This document shows, piece by piece, positions 58,805 through 64,000 of a stretch of 64,000 nucleotides of DNA (within the stretch, counting starts at the first letter, position 1; every line of letters begins with the position of its first letter). Where the stretch lies: contig CAXXDQ010000003.1 in the NCBI GenBank assembly GCA_963664325.2, positions 160,001-224,000 on the forward strand. Direction: 5' to 3'. The DNA is from Desulfomonilia bacterium. GTDB lineage: Bacteria > Desulfobacterota > Desulfomonilia > UBA1062. The position numbers and the translations under genes were made by a program. The notes under the pieces are model-generated. The model was not told where the DNA came from and searched no databases. It saw only the letters and a list, made by a program, of their open reading frames with translations.

Positions 58805-61800
58805 TCTTCTCCCCCAGCAGCCCTGAGGCCAGTTGATCAATGGTGTTTTCATCAGGTCTTGCGCGGTATATGCCTGTCCTGCTTTCATTGTCCACGCCCC
58901 TTAGAAATAGGTAGAGCACTCCGCCGAAATGCCTTTCATAACTGTATTCCGGAAGCCTGAGCATGAGGTATCTGTGAAGGGCGAGCGTGTAGATGTGGTA
59001 CTGCAGCACATAGAATTCGGCCGTCATCTCGCCTTCCATGGTCTCTTCGCCGTAGTCTTCAGTCTCGGGGCCGAGATAGTTCGATTTCCAGTCGATGATG
59101 TAGAACTTTCCGTTGAGTTCGAACACGAGATCGATGAAGCCCCTTAAAAACCCGCGCGACGGCTTTATGTCGAGAGTCTCAAGGATGGCCTTAAGCCCGC
59201 CGTCCATACCGGATCGTCCGATTGCCGCCTTCAGACTCTCAGAGTCAAGGCTTGCGACGGGGAGCATGAATTCGAGTTCTGAAAGCCTCTCATCCCGGCC
59301 TGTGCCGCATAATCTGCACCCGGGTTCAACCTCCACGGAAAGGACGTTTCGCACAATTGCGTTTATCGCACCCAGCCACTTCTCATCGAAGCCGTGTCTT
59401 TTCATAACGTCTTTGATGAGGTCCGTATCCGGCTCCTTGAAGTCGATAAGCTCCATCACCTCGTGGAGCATGTTTCCTGTAGCGGCGCCCTTCGGCATGG
59501 ACGGTATGCCCAGGCCTTCGGGCTGGTTCCCCCTGCGGTCGGTGGATGCGTCCACGTCGCGGCCGTCCGAATACGCGCCCATGCTCAGCGACGTATAGCT
59601 CATGATGCCGAAACGCGTGTCGATGTCCGCCTTGAACGCCCTTGCGGCAAGTTCTGGTGCGGCCTTTTCAGGGATTGCGCTTTTTACGGCTTCCGCAATA
59701 GGAGCGGGTTCGAGCCTTATGTAATCCGAGTCGAGGGTTGATGCGTCCTCGCCTCTCAGAAGCGCTTCGAGAGCCGTGTTCTCGCCCTTCAAGGTTCTGC
59801 AGCTTATCAGGTAGCACCTGTCAATCGCGCGGGTGAGAGCCACATACAGAAGGCGCATGCTCTCCTGCATGGATTCCTCGGCGCATTTTATTTTGTTTGA
59901 AACCCTATCCTCGGAACCCAGGTCGAGGACGCGCACGCCGCCGTCATTGAAGACCACGTCTTTTGTATCCGTCTCGTCCCAGGCGAACGGGATGAAGACC
60001 ACCGGGTACTGCAGGCCCTTGCTCTTGTGGACCGTGGTTATAATTACCGCGTCCTCGTCGCTTTCGAGCCTCAGTTCGGATTCGCCGGGACCGGCGTTTC
60101 CGCTTATCCTCTCGTTCAGCCAGACGACAAGGGAATCCATTCCGGTTTTACCCGAGGTCTCGGCCATGTGCAGAAGCTCGGCAAGGTGCTGCATGTTCGT
60201 AAGCCTGCGCTCGGCCCCGGGCAGCACGGCGAGCCTCTCTCTGGCGCCGCCGCCGTAGAACTCTCTGAACATGCGCATGAAGCCGTGGTCCCTCCAGAGT
60301 TCGTGATAATTAAGAAATCCGGTTATAAGGGCGTCCCTGGCGACGGAATCTTCATCGAGCGAGGCCAGTTCATCGGCCGTCATGCCGTAGAGAGGACTTG
60401 CCAGGCAGGCCTTTATGAGGTCGAATCTTGAAGGCTCCCTCGCGGCGTCGAGAAGAAGCCTCATCAACCGCGCCTCGCTGCCGGAAAAGACCTTTTCATC
60501 GCTCGTTACGATGCACTTCACGCCTCTCCGGACAAGGGCATCCCGGACAAGGCCCGCCTGACGCCATTTGCGTGCGAGCACGGCGATGTGTCCGGGCCGC
60601 AGGTTCCGTGCGCTTATGAGCCTTGCAGCCTCGGCAGCAACCGCTTCGGCCGCCTGGCGCGCCGCTTCCTCCTTGTTAATGTCCGCTGAAGGGTCTCCCA
60701 GCGTCCATATCCTGAGAGGTTCTCCCGTGAGCGCTGTCTGCGGCTCTTTTCCCGAGGGTTCTACCCTTTCGTACGGTATGCCTTCATGGCCGAAAGGCCC
60801 TTTTTCGAAGAGCCTGTTGACCGCTTCCACAAGGGGGCTTACCGACCTGTAGTTCGTATCCAGTCTGTGGGTGTTTTCTTCGGGTATGCCTTTCTTGGCA
60901 GCCAGATATGTGAATATGTCGGCGCCCCTGAAACCGTATATGGACTGCTTGGGGTCGCCGATCAGATACATCGTGCCGTCCGGGAATATCGTGCTGAAGA
61001 TCTCCCACTGCACGGGGTCGGTGTCCTGGAATTCGTCTATGAGCGCGGCCTTGAACTTCTCCCTCACGGCGTTCTTCATGCCTTCGCCGCCTGATGCGAG
61101 CGCCTGCCTCATCATAAGGAGCAGGTCGTCGAAATGCAGACTGCCGAGAGATTCCTTTGCAAGCGGCATATTACGCCTGTAAAAACCGGTGAACTCGCGC
61201 TTTAGCCATATCGTCATCACATCAAATGCATTATCAAGGCTGGTGAAGATTTCAGCAAACCCGTCGCAGCAGACGAAGAAGGGATGAAGGGGCTTGTTGG
61301 CCGGCAATTGGGACTTTTCAGCCATGAAGGAATGCTTGAAATATTTGAACCTCTCGAAGATGACCGGGGTGAAACCCTCTTCAACAAAACCGTCCATCTC
61401 CTCTATGGCCTTTATGACGGTCTTTTTCTGGTAGGATTTTCTATTAAGGAGACCGGATGTCTCTAGCATGCCGCAAACTTCGGTCCTGGACTCTCTCCAT
61501 ATCGCCTTAAGTTCGGCGTATGCGGCCTTCGCGGAGACGATCACGCTTTCGATATCCGGTCTCGCAGCCTCGGGTATGATGCGCGCTTCCGGGCCAGCCA
61601 TGCGGGCGGTCTTCAGGAAATCTTCGGGAGAGGGCTTCGCCCGGGCAAGATACTCCAGCGGCAGGTTGTAGATATGTTTTCTGAAGAAGTCCCATGCCGT
61701 ATTCATCGCGATGTCCGTCTGGTCCGGGATGAGTTCGAGCGCGTATGCCGAGCCCGTCTCGAATGCCATCTCGTTCAGCATGCGGTAGCAGAATCCGTGT

Positions 61801-62099
61801 ATGGTGAATATTGCCGCCGTATCGAAGGCGAGCACGGCGGAGCGCATGAGACCCGCGTTTGCGGCAGCACCCTCTTTTTCCAGCCGGGCCTGTTGTTTTC
61901 TCAGACGGGCGCGAATCCTGTCCCGCAATTCCGATGTCGCGGCCTCGGTGAACGTGACCACGAGTATCTGATCCGGCCTGAGGCCGCTTTCTATAAGCCT
62001 TACGTAGAGCCCTTCTATGGAGTATGTTTTTCCGGTGCCTGCGCTGGCCTCTATCAGGTGGACGCCGTGAAGCGGGATATTATTCGGGTCGAAAATCAT
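58794..62099 (-). CDS. recB: Exodeoxyribonuclease V beta subunit
   Basis: EASAGTGKT, DEFQDTD, GDPKQSIY, HKSKGL, YVALTRA and nuclease GFIDL...IDWKSN motifs. Confidence 0.96.
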   Translation of the reverse strand: MIFDPNNIPLHGVHLIEASAGTGKTYSIEGLYVRLIESGLRPDQILVVTFTEAATSELRDRIRARLRKQQARLEKEGAAANAGLMRSAVLAFDTAAIFTIHGFCYRMLNEMAFETGSAYALELIPDQTDIAMNTAWDFFRKHIYNLPLEYLARAKPSPEDFLKTARMAGPEARIIPEAARPDIESVIVSAKAAYAELKAIWRESRTEVCGMLETSGLLNRKSYQKKTVIKAIEEMDGFVEEGFTPVIFERFKYFKHSFMAEKSQLPANKPLHPFFVCCDGFAEIFTSLDNAFDVMTIWLKREFTGFYRRNMPLAKESLGSLHFDDLLLMMRQALASGGEGMKNAVREKFKAALIDEFQDTDPVQWEIFSTIFPDGTMYLIGDPKQSIYGFRGADIFTYLAAKKGIPEENTHRLDTNYRSVSPLVEAVNRLFEKGPFGHEGIPYERVEPSGKEPQTALTGEPLRIWTLGDPSADINKEEAARQAAEAVAAEAARLISARNLRPGHIAVLARKWRQAGLVRDALVRRGVKCIVTSDEKVFSGSEARLMRLLLDAAREPSRFDLIKACLASPLYGMTADELASLDEDSVARDALITGFLNYHELWRDHGFMRMFREFYGGGARERLAVLPGAERRLTNMQHLAELLHMAETSGKTGMDSLVVWLNERISGNAGPGESELRLESDEDAVIITTVHKSKGLQYPVVFIPFAWDETDTKDVVFNDGGVRVLDLGSEDRVSNKIKCAEESMQESMRLLYVALTRAIDRCYLISCRTLKGENTALEALLRGEDASTLDSDYIRLEPAPIAEAVKSAIPEKAAPELAARAFKADIDTRFGIMSYTSLSMGAYSDGRDVDASTDRRGNQPEGLGIPSMPKGAATGNMLHEVMELIDFKEPDTDLIKDVMKRHGFDEKWLGAINAIVRNVLSVEVEPGCRLCGTGRDERLSELEFMLPVASLDSESLKAAIGRSGMDGGLKAILETLDIKPSRGFLRGFIDLVFELNGKFYIIDWKSNYLGPETEDYGEETMEGEMTAEFYVLQYHIYTLALHRYLMLRLPEYSYERHFGGVLYLFLRGVDNESRTGIYRARPDENTIDQLASGLLGEKNDA

Positions 62100-64000
62100 A
62101 ATTCTTCCCACCTCATATTTTCAAGGAGTTCGCCGAAAAAGGCCGTGCTTACCTCTTTGAAACCTCCGTCCATGGGGGAAGCCTCGCCCGGATATATGAG
62201 GTAATAAGGGTCTCTGTCCTTTTCGCCCTCGTTGAAAGCTGTTCCTTCCCATGCCTTTTCTGCTGCAATGAGCGCTAAAGCTTCGCCTTTTTTTTCTATG
62301 GCCTCTGCGTAGTCCATAGATATTTCCGGGAAGAAATGAATGGGACGGGAAAGGCCCGATGAGAATAGATCGAGTATGTTCCCAAGCGTTTTCCGCGGAT
62401 CGGCGAGAGGCCCGAACCTCATCACGGCAGGGATGCGGTCATTATCCTTTTTCTTTTTGAATCCGGCAAGGAACGATGCCCCGCCCTCTTTAAAGACATT
62501 GAACATGACATGCGTGAGCCATGCGTTCACGATATGTCTGGCCTTTATGACAGAAGGCCTGAAGGAAAACGGAGCGCCTCCTTTAAGCTCGAAGCCGCCC
62601 GATATGACATGGCCCGCCGATGTGATCTCGAACCTCTCGAATACGGCAGGGCCTGCGCCCGCAATATCCCTTACGGTTGCAACGAGCTCTTTCGCCTGCC
62701 CGAGAAGCTCCCCGTAAAGGGCCTCTCCCAGCAAGGCATGCGGGAGCAGGCCGCCCGCTTTCAGCACTGGCAGGGGATCGGCGTCCTTCATGAGGCTTTC
62801 CACGATTGTCCGGCTTATCATGAAATTCCGGAGATTGTCGGGTTTTATGGCCTCCCTGTCCTCGATCTCTTCATCGCCGCCTTTTATGCTTATGCCGAGA
62901 CTTCTCCTCAGGAAGAACCTTACAGGGTTCCTGAAGAATTCGCTCAGTGTCTCGGCGGAAAGGTTTCTGAATTCAGCGGCATCGCATTTTACGGGTGAAC
63001 ATATAAACGGTTTTACCGGGGCGGCATCCTTGCGGATGAGAGCCTTTGCGGTTTCGCAGTCGCCTTTAGAATAGCTGAATAGCCTTTCGTCTTCGCCCGT
63101 GAAGTATTTCGGGGAAAACCCCTGAAGCCTGTGTCTCGTTACGAACCTGTCTTCAAAGGCCTTATCCCACTTGTCCGGATCGTCCTCTTTCAGCCCGTTT
63201 ATGTCGAAATTTGCCTTTATGTAGTCGATGAGTTCGCTTACCAGTACGGACGGCGGCCTCTTCGAATTGTCCCTTATGTCCTGGCCGGTATAGCTTATGT
63301 AAAGCCTCTTGCCTGCTGAGATAATGGATTCTAGGAAAAGGTACCTGTCGTCGTCTCTCAGTGAGCGGTCACCCTTTTTCGGTCTTTTCCTGATCAGGTT
63401 GAATCCGGCGGGGATATCCTGCCTGGGATAGGCGTCGTCGTTTATGCCGATGAGGCAGATGGCCTTCATCGGTATGCTCCTCATGGGAAGGAGCGAGCAG
63501 AACGTGACGCCTTTTGTGAGGAACCGGCCTGTCACGGGTTTTCTGATAGAGGTCTTTATCAGGTGCGCGACTGCCTGCATGCAAAGCCCGCCCTGACAGG
63601 GGCTATCTTCCGACAGCTCCGATATTGCGGCCCTGAGGGCTGCTGCACCCTTGATGCACTCACTGGTGTCGAGCATGTCGTCCACCATTTTCAGAAGAAG
63701 CTCCGTCCATTCGCCAAGGCCTAGCTTTTCCGAAAGCCTCATGCCGTAATGAAAGGCCATATCGGTGAACGTGAGGAATTTTCCGAGCAGTTCGGCGCGC
63801 TCTCCCTCTATGCCGTCAATCGTCAGGATTCCTTTATAAAGCATGCCGCCGGGCATGGCGTATCCCAGCAGCAGCCTGTCGAGGCCTGCCCGCCAGGTGT
63901 TCTCGCCGGTTGCGTCGAAGCCGAGCCCTTTCCTGTTTTCCGCATCAATCCCCCATCTTATGCAGGCGGTGTTTATCCACTCCCTTATGATGGAGGTATC
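62096..64000 (-). CDS. recC: Exodeoxyribonuclease V gamma subunit (5' partial)
   Basis: Frame is open to the window end (IRWG...NTWRAGLDRLLLGYAM); GVTFCSLLPMRSIP, DDRYLFLE and PSVLVSEL motifs. Confidence 0.94.
   Translation of the reverse strand, partial: DTSIIREWINTACIRWGIDAENRKGLGFDATGENTWRAGLDRLLLGYAMPGGMLYKGILTIDGIEGERAELLGKFLTFTDMAFHYGMRLSEKLGLGEWTELLLKMVDDMLDTSECIKGAAALRAAISELSEDSPCQGGLCMQAVAHLIKTSIRKPVTGRFLTKGVTFCSLLPMRSIPMKAICLIGINDDAYPRQDIPAGFNLIRKRPKKGDRSLRDDDRYLFLESIISAGKRLYISYTGQDIRDNSKRPPSVLVSELIDYIKANFDINGLKEDDPDKWDKAFEDRFVTRHRLQGFSPKYFTGEDERLFSYSKGDCETAKALIRKDAAPVKPFICSPVKCDAAEFRNLSAETLSEFFRNPVRFFLRRSLGISIKGGDEEIEDREAIKPDNLRNFMISRTIVESLMKDADPLPVLKAGGLLPHALLGEALYGELLGQAKELVATVRDIAGAGPAVFERFEITSAGHVISGGFELKGGAPFSFRPSVIKARHIVNAWLTHVMFNVFKEGGASFLAGFKKKKDNDRIPAVMRFGPLADPRKTLGNILDLFSSGLSRPIHFFPEISMDYAEAIEKKGEALALIAAEKAWEGTAFNEGEKDRDPYYLIYPGEASPMDGGFKEVSTAFFGELLENMRWEEL

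Noticed and set aside
57038-64000. recCBD as a novel defence system
   Set aside because: Canonical motifs and gene order of housekeeping exonuclease V.

Overview
64 kb of a chromosome that looks like an anaerobic deltaproteobacterium (Desulfobacterota-like; inferred from gene content only). The left half (~0.7-33.7 kb) is an oxygen/redox-stress island: OFOR, wrbA, hemerythrin, BON, mgtA, bfr, a tusA-dsrE-iscS-iscU operon, usp, exported msrB/msrA, sod, pfpI, rpoH and a NarL-type two-component system. Four features are missing from the ORF track. (1) A 39-bp bipartite operator (distal TMAGG-TWTTT-NGAAGC element 22 bp before an ATMAGG-N5-CCTGAT palindrome) occurs 10 times, co-oriented with the downstream unit; one copy points at an unannotated sRNA-like unit. 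(2) The IscS homologue lacks the PLP Schiff-base Lys and several other PLP contacts but keeps the catalytic Cys. (3) An in-frame UGA at the redox-active Cys position of an NADH oxidase/CoA-disulfide reductase is followed by a SECIS-like hairpin, indicating a selenoprotein. (4) A 31-aa membrane peptide mirrors the C-terminal helix of the upstream protein. The right half holds OFA-family transporters, a beta-carbonic anhydrase, a DRTGG/kinase/PHP module, icmF-cobO, a MITE/REP-like repeat cluster, galM-corrinoid-UroD-like genes, bioB and recCBD. Two +1 homopolymer frameshifts may be sequencing errors. I saw no rRNA, tRNA, CRISPR array or transposase. All family calls are from reading motifs, not database searches.
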